Below are positions 12,490 to 23,170 of a DNA stretch of 64,000 nt, one piece after another. Under the pieces are notes generated by a model. The model saw nothing but the letters and a program-made list of their open reading frames with translations. It ran no database searches and was not told the DNA's origin. Each line of letters begins with the position of its first letter. Position 1 is the stretch's first letter. The DNA comes from an uncultured Holophagales bacterium (GTDB taxonomy: Bacteria; Acidobacteriota; Thermoanaerobaculia; Multivoradales; UBA5704): the NCBI GenBank assembly GCA_963842525.1, contig CAWJGT010000001.1, positions 704,001-768,000 on the forward strand, read 5' to 3'. Both the position numbers and the translations under genes were made by a program.

Positions 12490-13326
12490 TCAGTCCCGCG
12501 GGATCTCCTGGTCGAGGTTGACGGCGCTGCCGGAGAGGCGGGCGATGAGCATGAGGCGGCGCTTGAAGCGGAACTGCCTCTCGTAGCGGACGATGCGGTC
12601 GACCACCTGCTGGTCGTAGCCGCGCTCGACGACCTCGGCCGGGCTCAGATCCTCGTCGAAGAGCAGGTAGAGGACCTCGTCGGCGGTCTGGTAGTCGAAG
12701 CCGAGGTCGCCTTCATCGGTCTGCCCGGGCCAGAGGTCGGCCGAGGGGCGCTTGGCGACGACCTGCCCGGGCAGGCCGAGGTGCCGGGCGAGCTGCCAGA
12801 CCTGGTGCTTGTAGAGGTCTCCCAGCGGGTTGATCGAGCTGGCGTTGTCGCCGAACACGGTCGAATACCCGAGCAGGATCTCGGTCTTGTTCGAGGTGCC
12901 GAGCACCAGGCAACCCAGCTTCTTGGCCTGGTCGAAGAGGATGCTCATCCGCTCCCGCGCCATCTTGTTGCCGCGCCGGCCGGGGTCGGCGTCCGGCTCG
13001 GCCGCGTCGAAGTAGGCGTCCACCATCGGCGAAATGTCGATCTGCCGGTGCGGGATGCCCAGGTGTCCGGCGACGAGCAGGGCGTCGGCCAGGGACTCGG
13101 GGCTGGAGGTGCGATAGGGCAGAAGGAAGGCGTGCACCCGCTCGGGACCGAGGGCGCGCGCGGCCAGGGCCGAGGAGACCGCCGAGTCGACCCCGCCCGA
13201 GAGTCCCACGACCACGCCGGTCGTGCCCGAGGTCTCGACCCCATCGCGCAGGAAGCTGGCGAGGACCTGGACCGCCAGCCGGGGATTCAGGGCGAGGCCC
13301 GCGAGCACCCGCTCCCGGCCGTTCAC
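12490..13326 (-). CDS. nadE: NAD+ synthetase, synthetase subunit
   Basis: VVGLSGGVDS, GNKMARERM, GTSNKTE..LGYST..GD, LGDLYK, PSADLWPGQTDE. Confidence 0.95.
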   Translation of the reverse strand: MNGRERVLAGLALNPRLAVQVLASFLRDGVETSGTTGVVVGLSGGVDSAVSSALAARALGPERVHAFLLPYRTSSPESLADALLVAGHLGIPHRQIDISPMVDAYFDAAEPDADPGRRGNKMARERMSILFDQAKKLGCLVLGTSNKTEILLGYSTVFGDNASSINPLGDLYKHQVWQLARHLGLPGQVVAKRPSADLWPGQTDEGDLGFDYQTADEVLYLLFDEDLSPAEVVERGYDQQVVDRIVRYERQFRFKRRLMLIARLSGSAVNLDQEIPRD

Positions 13327-14186
13327 GTGGGACCCTCGATGTCATTCCGCTCGTCTTCCAGGAGCGGCAGCCGCCAGCGCAGCCGGTCGGCGTCGTGCAG
13401 GTCGATCTCGGCGACGAGGAGGTCTTCGTCGAGGAACGGCGCACGGCATTCGACCTCACCGCCCGGCCGGACGACATGGCTGCCGCCGGTATAGAAGGAG
13501 CCCTCCTCCCAGCCCACCCGGTTGCAGTAAAGGACCCAGCAGGTGTTCAGGAGGGCGGTCGAGCGGGTGAGCATCTCCCAGCTCTCGTGGGTCGCCGGGG
13601 CATCGCCGGAGCCGACGCGGCCGGGACCGGCGGACGTCACGATCAGCAGCCGGGCTCCGGCCGCGGCCAGCCGCCGCGCCAGCTCGGGGTGCCAGAGGTC
13701 TTCGCAGATGAGGACGCCTGCCGGACCCCAGGCGAGCCGCGCGAGGTCGATCCGCCGGCCGGGACGAAAGAAGCGCTCCTCCTGGAAAAGGCCGTAGGTC
13801 GGAAGGTAGAGCTTGCGGTGGATGTGGAGCGCGGTACTCCCAGGGGGCCCAGGGGGCCCGGAGAGCAGGACTGCGCTGTTGTGGAGGACGCCGCGATCGC
13901 TCTTCTCGACGAAGCCGGCCACGACCGACAACGGCCGCGCCGCCTCGGCCAGCCGCTCCAGGACCGGGGAGTCGGGTGCCAGTGCCACGCGCGAGGTCAG
14001 ATGGAGGAGACGGTAGCCGGTGAGCGACAGCTCGGGAAAGACCAGGAGGTCGACCCCGCGCGCCCGCGCCCGCTCGATCCAGGCGAGGTGGCGGTCGACG
14101 TTGAATTCGACGTCGCCCAGCCGGCAGTCGATCTGCGCCAGGCCGACGGTCAGGCGCGAGCTCCCCTCGGTCCTCCCTGCAGCCAT
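13323..14186 (-). CDS. Carbon-nitrogen hydrolase, probable glutaminase subunit for NadE
   Basis: Triad motifs VFPELSLTGY, HRKLYLPTYGLFQEERFF, LICEDLWH; 4-bp overlap with nadE. Confidence 0.85.
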   Translation of the reverse strand: MAAGRTEGSSRLTVGLAQIDCRLGDVEFNVDRHLAWIERARARGVDLLVFPELSLTGYRLLHLTSRVALAPDSPVLERLAEAARPLSVVAGFVEKSDRGVLHNSAVLLSGPPGPPGSTALHIHRKLYLPTYGLFQEERFFRPGRRIDLARLAWGPAGVLICEDLWHPELARRLAAAGARLLIVTSAGPGRVGSGDAPATHESWEMLTRSTALLNTCWVLYCNRVGWEEGSFYTGGSHVVRPGGEVECRAPFLDEDLLVAEIDLHDADRLRWRLPLLEDERNDIEGPT

Positions 14187-14215
14187 ACGCGGGCGGATGC
14201 TAGCATGGGCACCCC

Positions 14216-15070
14216 ATGGAACTGCTCCGCCGAATGCCCGCGATCCTTATTGCCGGCCTCCTCGGCTTCCTGGCCACGGCCGTTCCGGCCCAGACGCCCG
14301 GAGCGGCCCGGCCCGCGCAAGCCCGGCCCTCCCAGACACCGCCCAAGCTCGAAGACCGCATCATGGCCGTGGTGAACGAGGAGCCCATTCTGGCGTCCGA
14401 GATCGACCGCGCCATCGCGCTCGGCCTGAAGCAACGCCAGCCGGGGGACAACGAGGCCGCGTTCCGCCGCCGGGTGCTGAACGACCTCATCGAGGAGCGC
14501 CTGCGCTTCGAGGAGATCGACCGCTTCGGCTTCGAGCAGGTGCCCGTGGACCAGATCAACCAGGAGGTCCAGAAGATTCGCAGCCAGCTCCCGGACGAGG
14601 CCGCCTTCCAGAAGGTCCTCAAGCAGAACGGGCTGACTCTCAAGGACCTGCGCCAGCTCGTCGCCCGCCAGCTCATGGTGCTGACCTACGTGGACGAGCA
14701 GCTCGGCCCGCGCGTCTTCGTGAGCCTGGACGACATTTCCAACTACTACCAGACCGTCTTCGTCCCCGAGATGCAGAAGCGCGGCCAGAAGACGCCGCCT
14801 CTCGAAGACGTGCGCGACCAGATCCGCGCCGTGCTCAAAGAGCAGCGGCTCAACGAGGCGATCGAGAAGTGGACCGAGGATCTGCGGCGCAAGGCCGACA
14901 TCCAGGTCTTCTTCGACCCGCCCTCCGGCCCGCTGCCGCCGGTGGTCAAGCGGATGCCCTCTCCCCCTGGCCCCCTCTCCCGTGCGGCCACCACCCACCT
15001 CCCCGAACGGGAGAGGGGGCCAGGGGGAGAGGGCTCTAATACAGCTCTTTGTAGTGCGTCCGGCTGGTGA
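14216..15070 (+). CDS. SurA N-terminal domain-like periplasmic chaperone
   Basis: Signal peptide; DRIMAVVNEEPILASE, VLNDLIEERL, WTEDLRRKADI; C-terminal tail reads through a REP. Confidence 0.75.
   Translation: MELLRRMPAILIAGLLGFLATAVPAQTPGAARPAQARPSQTPPKLEDRIMAVVNEEPILASEIDRAIALGLKQRQPGDNEAAFRRRVLNDLIEERLRFEEIDRFGFEQVPVDQINQEVQKIRSQLPDEAAFQKVLKQNGLTLKDLRQLVARQLMVLTYVDEQLGPRVFVSLDDISNYYQTVFVPEMQKRGQKTPPLEDVRDQIRAVLKEQRLNEAIEKWTEDLRRKADIQVFFDPPSGPLPPVVKRMPSPPGPLSRAATTHLPERERGPGGEGSNTALCSASGW
14956..15034. repeat. REP-like palindrome (CCCTCTCCCCC family)
   Basis: gccctctccccctggccccctctcccg / cgggagagggggccagggggagagggc. Confidence 0.8.
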
Positions 15071-17267
15071 GCACCCGCCGGAGATAGCCGCGGGTCTCGT
15101 GGAAGCCGACCTTGGAGAAGAATTCCTCCATCTCCTTGCCATAGCAGTAGCTCCGCCAGAGCACCGCCTGCGGCTCGCCGGCGTTGTAGGCTGCGACCGC
15201 CTGGAAGTCGAGGCCGCCGAAGTCCTTCAGCAGGGAGGCGACGTAGGCGGCACCCAGGGCGGCCGAGATCTCGGGGCGGTAGAGGTCCTCGGGATCGAGC
15301 CGTCCCGTGTTGTTCTCGGCGGCGATGCGGCGCGCCGTGGGCAGGGTGAGCTGCGTGAGGCCGCGCGCCGCGGCCGGGGACAGGACCGAGCGGTCCCAGC
15401 GGCTCTCCTCCCGGATGATGGCGGCCAACAGGCCGGGATCGACGCCGCGCAGCCGGGTCTGGGCCGTGATCGTGTCCCGGTAGGGGAAGGGGTAGAGGAG
15501 GTTGTGGAACGGGCGCGGCTGGAGCGCCAGGGGGACCCGCGCCGGGGTGCGGACGCGCAGCATCTCCGCATGCACGATCGAGCGCTCGACCTCGCCACCC
15601 GCGGCCAGGATCCGGCTCCCCGTGAAGGCGAGCGCGGGCTCGCTCACCGGGAAGTGCGTGCGGACCGCGGGTGCTCCCTCGTGCCAGACGCCCAGGGAGA
15701 GGAGGATCTCCTCGGGCTTGCGCAGCGAAGCCCTCCAGAGCGGCCAGCGCTCGACGGGCACGTCGCCGAGCCGCAGGAAGGGCGCGGCGGTCCGGTCGGC
15801 GAGCAGGATCTGCCGGAGGCGGCGCCGCGCCGCCTCGCCGGTCGCGTCCTGCGGTCCCAGGAGAACCCAGGCGCCATAGAGGTCCTCGGGCGCCTGCGAC
15901 CCGGCGAGGCGCCGCCCCTCGGCCGCTGCGGCTTTGACGAGCGGCTCCGTTCCGAGCCTCCGCACGGCGGCCTGGGACAAGGGGTGGTAGAGATCGATGC
16001 GGATCGCCGTGAGATACGCGGCCACCGCTCCGGCCCAGCTCTTGTCGAGCTCGGCGAGGCGACCACGCCAGTAGGCCAGCTCGATGCGGTCGTCGGGGTT
16101 GGAGGGCACGGCCCGGTCGAGCCATCCCCGGGCGCGGTCGCGCCGGCCGCGGACGATGTCCGAGGAAGCCAGGAAGAGCGCGGCGCGCAAGACCGGATCG
16201 GCCGCTGAGTCCCAGCCCTCGCGCCGCGCGGCGAGCAGGTTGTAGAGCGGCAGGGCCGAAGCCTCGGCGCCGCGGCGCCAGTCCAGCCGCATCGCGCAGA
16301 GCACCGAGGAGCCGGCCCATTCCCCCTCGGGCTCGGCCTGCCAGGCCTTGCGGAAGCTCGCCGAGGCCAGCTCCCACCTCCCCAGGAGCTCGTAGGAACG
16401 CCCCTGCTGGTAGAAGGCCCGGGCCCGCTCGCCAGGCGCCTTCGCGAGCTGCGCCAGCTCGCCGAAGAGGAAGGCCGCCGCGTCATAGCGGCCCTGCCAG
16501 AAGTGGGAACGTCCCAGTGCATAACGCGTCTCGAGCAGCTCCTTTTCGGAGAGCGATCCGCCGCCCAGAGCCAGGCGCAGGTGCCGCAACGCCCGCTCGA
16601 AGTCGCGGTGCTGGTGGAAGGTCAGGCCGAGGAGCATCGGCGCCCGGCCGCGCTCCTCGGGGGAGACCAGCACGGCGAGGCGCTCGGCGGCCAACCGCCC
16701 CAGATCGTCCCCGCGGTTCTCGTCCAGGATCTTGACCAGCAGGTTGCGGGCGAGCTCGCGCATCCCCTGCCGGAGCGCGCAGTCGGCCTCGACGAGGAGG
16801 AGCGTCCGCCGCGGCGCCAGGGCAAGGTCGTCGGTCTCCAGCCCCTTGAGCAGGCGGCAGTCGCCTCCCTGGCCGAGGGTGCGGGCGAGGAGAAGGGAGG
16901 CCTCATGGCCGAGCGGCGCCGGTGGATTCGCACCCACCACCGAGGCGACCAGCCCGGCGGCGACCTCTGGATGGTCCATCCGCTCCTGGTCGAGCGCCAT
17001 GCGGTAGCGGCTGTGGAGGGCGAGGTGCGGCGCGGAGGCCATGGCGGCGCCGAAGGCCTCGCTGGCGCCGGCCGGGTCTCCGAGGAGGTCGTAGAGGTGG
17101 CCGAGGAGGAAGTCGAGCCCCATCCGGCGGGCCTCGGACGGCCGCTCGGCGAGCTCGCGCTGGACGCCGGCGAGCGCGTCCCGCGACCGTCCCGCGAGCT
17201 GCAGCTCGACGAGATCCGGGCGTGGATCGATGGTGATGCCGGCGAAGAGGACGAAGGCGGCGAACAT
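15036..17267 (-). CDS. TPR-containing soluble lytic transglycosylase (Slt family)
   Basis: LYPFPY, AAIIREES, SPAAARGLTQL, AAYNAG, ETRGYLRRV; TPR-like helices upstream. Confidence 0.88.
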   Translation of the reverse strand: MFAAFVLFAGITIDPRPDLVELQLAGRSRDALAGVQRELAERPSEARRMGLDFLLGHLYDLLGDPAGASEAFGAAMASAPHLALHSRYRMALDQERMDHPEVAAGLVASVVGANPPAPLGHEASLLLARTLGQGGDCRLLKGLETDDLALAPRRTLLLVEADCALRQGMRELARNLLVKILDENRGDDLGRLAAERLAVLVSPEERGRAPMLLGLTFHQHRDFERALRHLRLALGGGSLSEKELLETRYALGRSHFWQGRYDAAAFLFGELAQLAKAPGERARAFYQQGRSYELLGRWELASASFRKAWQAEPEGEWAGSSVLCAMRLDWRRGAEASALPLYNLLAARREGWDSAADPVLRAALFLASSDIVRGRRDRARGWLDRAVPSNPDDRIELAYWRGRLAELDKSWAGAVAAYLTAIRIDLYHPLSQAAVRRLGTEPLVKAAAAEGRRLAGSQAPEDLYGAWVLLGPQDATGEAARRRLRQILLADRTAAPFLRLGDVPVERWPLWRASLRKPEEILLSLGVWHEGAPAVRTHFPVSEPALAFTGSRILAAGGEVERSIVHAEMLRVRTPARVPLALQPRPFHNLLYPFPYRDTITAQTRLRGVDPGLLAAIIREESRWDRSVLSPAAARGLTQLTLPTARRIAAENNTGRLDPEDLYRPEISAALGAAYVASLLKDFGGLDFQAVAAYNAGEPQAVLWRSYCYGKEMEEFFSKVGFHETRGYLRRVLTSRTHYKELY

Positions 17268-17315
17268 CCCAGGACGCGCTCACAGGGAGGCGGTCGGGAT
17301 GCCCTCCGCAGCCGC

Positions 17316-18586
<1,271 letters not shown>

Positions 18587-18618
18587 GCCCCCTACCTGCC
18601 GGAATGCCTCTTCCCTGG

Positions 18619-19458
18619 CTACCGGCGCTTCAATGTCAGGACGCGCGGGATACGGGAGTAGTCGTGCCATGCGCCGGCCCATTGCAAGGCCGATGCCCCG
18701 GCCAGACGGCGCAAGATGTCGAGCTGTCCGTAGCCGATTTCCACGATGAGCCGTACGCCGGAGCGCAATCCGGCGCCCTCTTCGAAGAGGCGGGCCAGGA
18801 TGGATTCTCCGGTTCCGGGAGCAAAGAGTGCCAGGTGCGGCTCAAAATTGCAAACCTCGGGCGACAGGGACGGAGCTTCCGCCGGATCGATGTAGGGCGG
18901 ATTGCTCACCACCAGGTCGAAGCGCGAGAGGTCGAGCCCCTCCGTCAGGTCCAGGCCGGCCGGATGGACGCGGTCGCCGACCCCGTGCCGACGCGCATTG
19001 CCGGCCGTCACCGCGAGAGCGCCCGGGGACAGGTCGCCGGCCACCACGCGGGCGCCCGGGACCTCCAAAGCCAGTGTGACGGCGATGCACCCGGAGCCGG
19101 TTCCCACGTCCAAGATCCACGGCCGGGGCGGCAACGGCTCGGCGAGCGCCGCCTCGATCACATGCTCCGTCTCCGGCCGTGGGATCAGCACCCGCCGGTC
19201 GACGTGGAAGAGGCGGCCGTAGAGCTCCTTCTCCTCGAACAGGTAGGCGACCGGCTCGCCGGAGAGGCGCCGCCGGAGCAGAGCCTCGAACCGTTCCGCC
19301 GCCGCAGCCTCCACCTCCAGGTCATCGCGCGCCAGGATCTGCGCCTCCGACAGGCCGAGGACCCGGCCGAGCAGGAGGGACGCCTCGCGCGGCGGAGCAC
19401 CGAACGAAGTCGCGGCCAGCCGCGCCCGGGCGGCGGCGAGGAGGTGGGAGATCCTCAC
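18619..19458 (-). CDS. prmC: Release factor glutamine methyltransferase
   Basis: [47 protein letters not shown]. Confidence 0.93.
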   Translation of the reverse strand: MRISHLLAAARARLAATSFGAPPREASLLLGRVLGLSEAQILARDDLEVEAAAAERFEALLRRRLSGEPVAYLFEEKELYGRLFHVDRRVLIPRPETEHVIEAALAEPLPPRPWILDVGTGSGCIAVTLALEVPGARVVAGDLSPGALAVTAGNARRHGVGDRVHPAGLDLTEGLDLSRFDLVVSNPPYIDPAEAPSLSPEVCNFEPHLALFAPGTGESILARLFEEGAGLRSGVRLIVEIGYGQLDILRRLAGASALQWAGAWHDYSRIPRVLTLKRR

Positions 19459-19661
19459 CCCCTGTCCTCCTCTCCCATCGCCCCCCCACCGACCGGGAGA
19501 GGGGGGACGTAGAGGAGACGGATGTGCTCGTAGGAAGCTGCTATCGAGGCATTGAACGATGCTGCGCCGCTATGATGGGCGCTTTCGAACAATTCGCTGC
19601 CATGCGTTCCCCCTCTCCCGGAGGCAGGGGGGGCGATGGGAGAGGGGGACAGGGGGTGAGG
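19453..19661. repeat. REP-like palindromic element (CCTCACCCCC family)
   Basis: cctcaccccctgtcctcctctcccatcgccccccc / ggggggcgatgggagagggggacagggggtgagg. Confidence 0.8.
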
Positions 19662-19743
19662 TCTCACGGCTCAAGCACCATAATGAGTGTATCGAAACGA
19701 AACTCCCTCCCTGGCGCCTAACGAAAAGAGGGACCGCACCAGC

Positions 19744-22652
19744 ATGGCTTTCGGCACCAGGATCTCAGATTCCCTCTTCGGCTTTCTCTATCGCTTCCGG
19801 TTCCGGTACGACCTTTTCCTCTCCTATGCGCGGAGCGACGGCAAGCCGTATGCCCTCAAGCTCCGCGACCAGCTCAAGGCCCTCGACTTCTCCTGCTTTC
19901 TCGATCAGGACGAGCTGCCGCCCGGCAACTCGCTCCGCAGCAGCCTGAGCCGCGCCCTGCGGCGGAGCGCCACCCTTGTGGTGATCGGGACCGAGCGGGC
20001 TCTCAAGTCCACCTACGTGGCGCAGGAAATCTCCGAGTTCACCGCCACGGGCCGGACGATCATCCCCATCGACTTCCAGGGGACGCTCGCCGATCCGCCC
20101 TGGAGCGTCCTCCGCGAGCGCGACCTGGTCTGGATCGATGAAACCAGGGAGGCCCTGGAACGGGGTGCCCCCTCACCCGCGGTGGCCGACGGAATCGACA
20201 AGCTCTTCAAATACACACGGCGCAACGTGCGGGTCCGCGGGCAGATCCTGGCGACGGCCTTCCTCTTCCTGGTGGGCGCCGCGGTCTCCGCCTGGATCAT
20301 CAATGGAAAAGTGCGGGAGCTAGGCCAGGCCGTCTCGGACGCGACCGAGGCTAGGCAGGCTGAAGAAAGGGCGGCCGAAAACGCGCGGAAGGAGGCGAAA
20401 CGGGCTGATAAGAATCGGGAGGATGCGGAAAAGCAGGCTAAGGAGGCCGTAAAACAGAAGGATCGTGCGGACGAGCAGGCACGCGAAGCGAAAAAGCAGG
20501 AGGGGATTGCGCTCAAGAACGCCGAGCGGGCAGAGCAGGAACAGCGACGCGCCGAGGAGAAGACGCTGGAATCCCAGGCCCGCCTCCTCGCCACCGAAGC
20601 CGCACGGGAGCTGGACGGCAGCACCGACGGGCTGATCCGGAGTGTGCTGCTCGCCGCGGAGTCGCTGCGGAAGACGCAGACCCTCGAAGGCCGGAACGCC
20701 CTCGCCAACGGCCTGCGGCTCCTTCCTCCCCGCCCGGAGGCTGTCTTCCCCTGTTCCTGTGGTTTCGTCCGCGCAGCGGCCTTCGATCCCGACGGCCGCC
20801 GGCTGGCGGTAGCTGGGGAGGAGGGCCTGGCGATGCTCGATCCGGCGGAGGGCTGGCGCGAGCTGTTCCCTGCGCTGAAGGGGCGATTCGTGTGGGGCCT
20901 GGCCTTCAGTCCGGACGGCCGCTCGCTGGCCGTCGGCACGGCCGGCGAGGTCCATGTCCTGGAGGCAGCGACAGGACGTCCTCTGGCAGTGATTCCGACG
21001 GGCAGCGAGCTCGTCCGGGACGTGGCCTTCAGCCCCGACGGGAGGTATATCTGGCCGCCGCCGCGCGGGGCTTCTCTGCAACCCTGCTGGAAAGGGGCTC
21101 CGAGGAGGGCTCCTGGCGACCGGTCGTCCCCGCGCCCAGCATCCAAGAGGATGTCACCCCCATCACGTCCCTGGCTTTCAGCGGCGATGGCAGATGGCTC
21201 GCCCTGGGCGGAGTCAACAGCGTCGCGATCTGGGACCTGGCCCGGAAGGAGAAAGCAGACCAGGCGGAATCCGGGACCGTCTGGAGCATCGACTTTCTGG
21301 CCGGTGGCAAGGGCTTCAGGGCGGCGGGCGACCGGGAGATTCGCTTCTGGCGGATGGAGGAATCGGCAGATGGCAGCGTAGATCTGTCGGAGAGCCCGGA
21401 GAGCAGGAGGAACGGCGAGGACATCTGGGCTCTCGCCCCTGGCCCGGAGGAAAGCAGCTTCGCGACCGCGAACAGAGACGGCACGGTGCGCCTGTGGGGA
21501 GACTCCGGCGGAGAGGAACGCAGCCGGATGATCCTCGCGCAACGGATCGACCCTGCGGTCGCCCTGACACCGGACGGCCAGAAGCTCGTCGTTGGCAACG
21601 GCAGGAGCCTCAACATCTGGCAGGTCTCCGATTCTCACGAGCTGGCGCGGTTCGAGGGGGTGAGCGCCGCGGCCTTCAGCCCCTCGGGCCGTTGGCTCGC
21701 CACAGGAGGAGACCGGACGCTGCGGCTCCTCCAGGTTCCGCAGACGGACACGGCGGCCGGCCCGGAGAGCTGGCCCGAGGTCGCCCGCTGGGGCGTCGAG
21801 GGAGAGGTCTCCTCCGTCGCCGTCAGCCCGGATGGACGGTGGCTCGCCGCGGCCCTGGGCAGGACGATCCAGGTGGTCGACACCCGGACCCGGCGGACGG
21901 TCCTGCGGACAGAGGTGGAGAGCAAGGACGCTCTGTCGCTCGCCTTCAGCCCGCAGGGCCGGTGGCTCGTGGCAACGGCGGGGAGCGTGGTCCATCGGAT
22001 CGCCACCGGCACGTGGCAAGCGGCGCCACCCATGGAGCTTCAGGAGAGCCTGGGCCGCCTCGCTTTCAGCCCGGACGAGGCCTGGATGGGGACGCGGACG
22101 GAGTTTTATTACGTCCGCGGAGAGGGGTTGCGCCGGCCCACGCTGACGCGCGTCTATCAGACGGAGACCGGCCGCCGCGTCGCCTGGCAGTCCCACGAGG
22201 ACGAGGACCTGCGCGGGATGATGAACAGAAAATCAGATCGCTTCGAAGGGCCGCAGGAGAAGCAGGGGGGCCGGATGGACCTCGTCCGGCAGGTCCCGTC
22301 CTGGCGGGAGATCCGGCATGAGGTACCGAAGTCTGTGATGAGCCCCGACGGCCAGTGGCAGGCGAAGAACGACGACGACGACGTGAGGCTGGAGGACAAG
22401 CGCTCCGAACGCACGGTCGAGCGCCTGGCCCATGACGGCCTGCTCGATGTCTCCTTCAGCCCTGACGGCCGCTGGCTGGTCACCGCCGGAGGCGGAGCCG
22501 TCAAGGTGTGGCCGCTCAAGGCAGAGGATCTGATCGCCCAGGCCTGCGAGCGCCTGCCGCAAGACCGCCAGCCCGCGGAATGGCCGGAGGCCGTGCGGTC
22601 CCTGATGGCCCCCGGCCCGTGCGAGGCGGCGGCCGGGGCACCACCGGGGTAG
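19744..22652 (+). CDS. TIR domain + TM + coiled-coil + WD40 repeat protein (frameshift near 21050)
   Basis: YDLFLSYARSDG...FLDQDELPPG...STYVAQEI (TIR); ILATAFLFLVGAAVSAWII (TM); AEERAAENARKEAKRA coil; many AFSPDGR repeats continuing in ORF 20892..22652. Confidence 0.85.
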
Positions 22653-22924
22653 GTCCATGAATCTGTCTCCCTGCCTACCAGGGCTTCACCTTCAGCCACG
22701 CGACCACGAGGTTGGTGTGCTCGTTGAAATCGTCAATCTCGCGGGCACAACGCGCAACAAAACCACAGTCATGGACTGTGAAAACCAGCGCCCGCAAAAA
22801 AGGCTCACGTCCACGACCACAACCCTTGTGGGAACCACAGCGGCCAGGGCGTCTCCTCCAAGGCCCCCGACACCACGAGGCCACCGCTCGGCACACGCCG
22901 ACCACCCTGCGGCGCCGGCCGATG

Positions 22925-23170
22925 GACCTGCGAGGCGCGATGGCGGACCTGCAGGTCAAGCCAGTCGACCTGCAGGGTGCGCTGGTGAACCTGCGGGTCA
23001 AGCGGGTGAACCTGCAGGGTGCGCGGGTCAACCTGCAGGTCCACCTGGCGAACCTCCAGGTCCACCTCGTCACGCCGCAGGTCCACCGGCAGACGCCGAA
23101 GGGCAGGCCCGCTGACCCGCAGGTCCACCGGCAGACGCCGCAGGGTGGCAGGGGCACGCGAGAGGTCCGG
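22925..23170. repeat. Degenerate 21-nt tandem repeat, about 12 units
   Basis: gacctgcaggtcaagccagtc / gacctgcagggtgcgctggtg / aacctgcgggtcaagcgggtg / aacctgcagggtgcgcgggtc / aacctgcaggtccacctggcg ... Confidence 0.75.

Noticed and set aside
22925-23170. Possible CRISPR array or collagen-like gene
   Set aside because: Units are contiguous and degenerate with no spacers and no cas genes nearby; the period is 7 codons, not strict Gly-X-Y.
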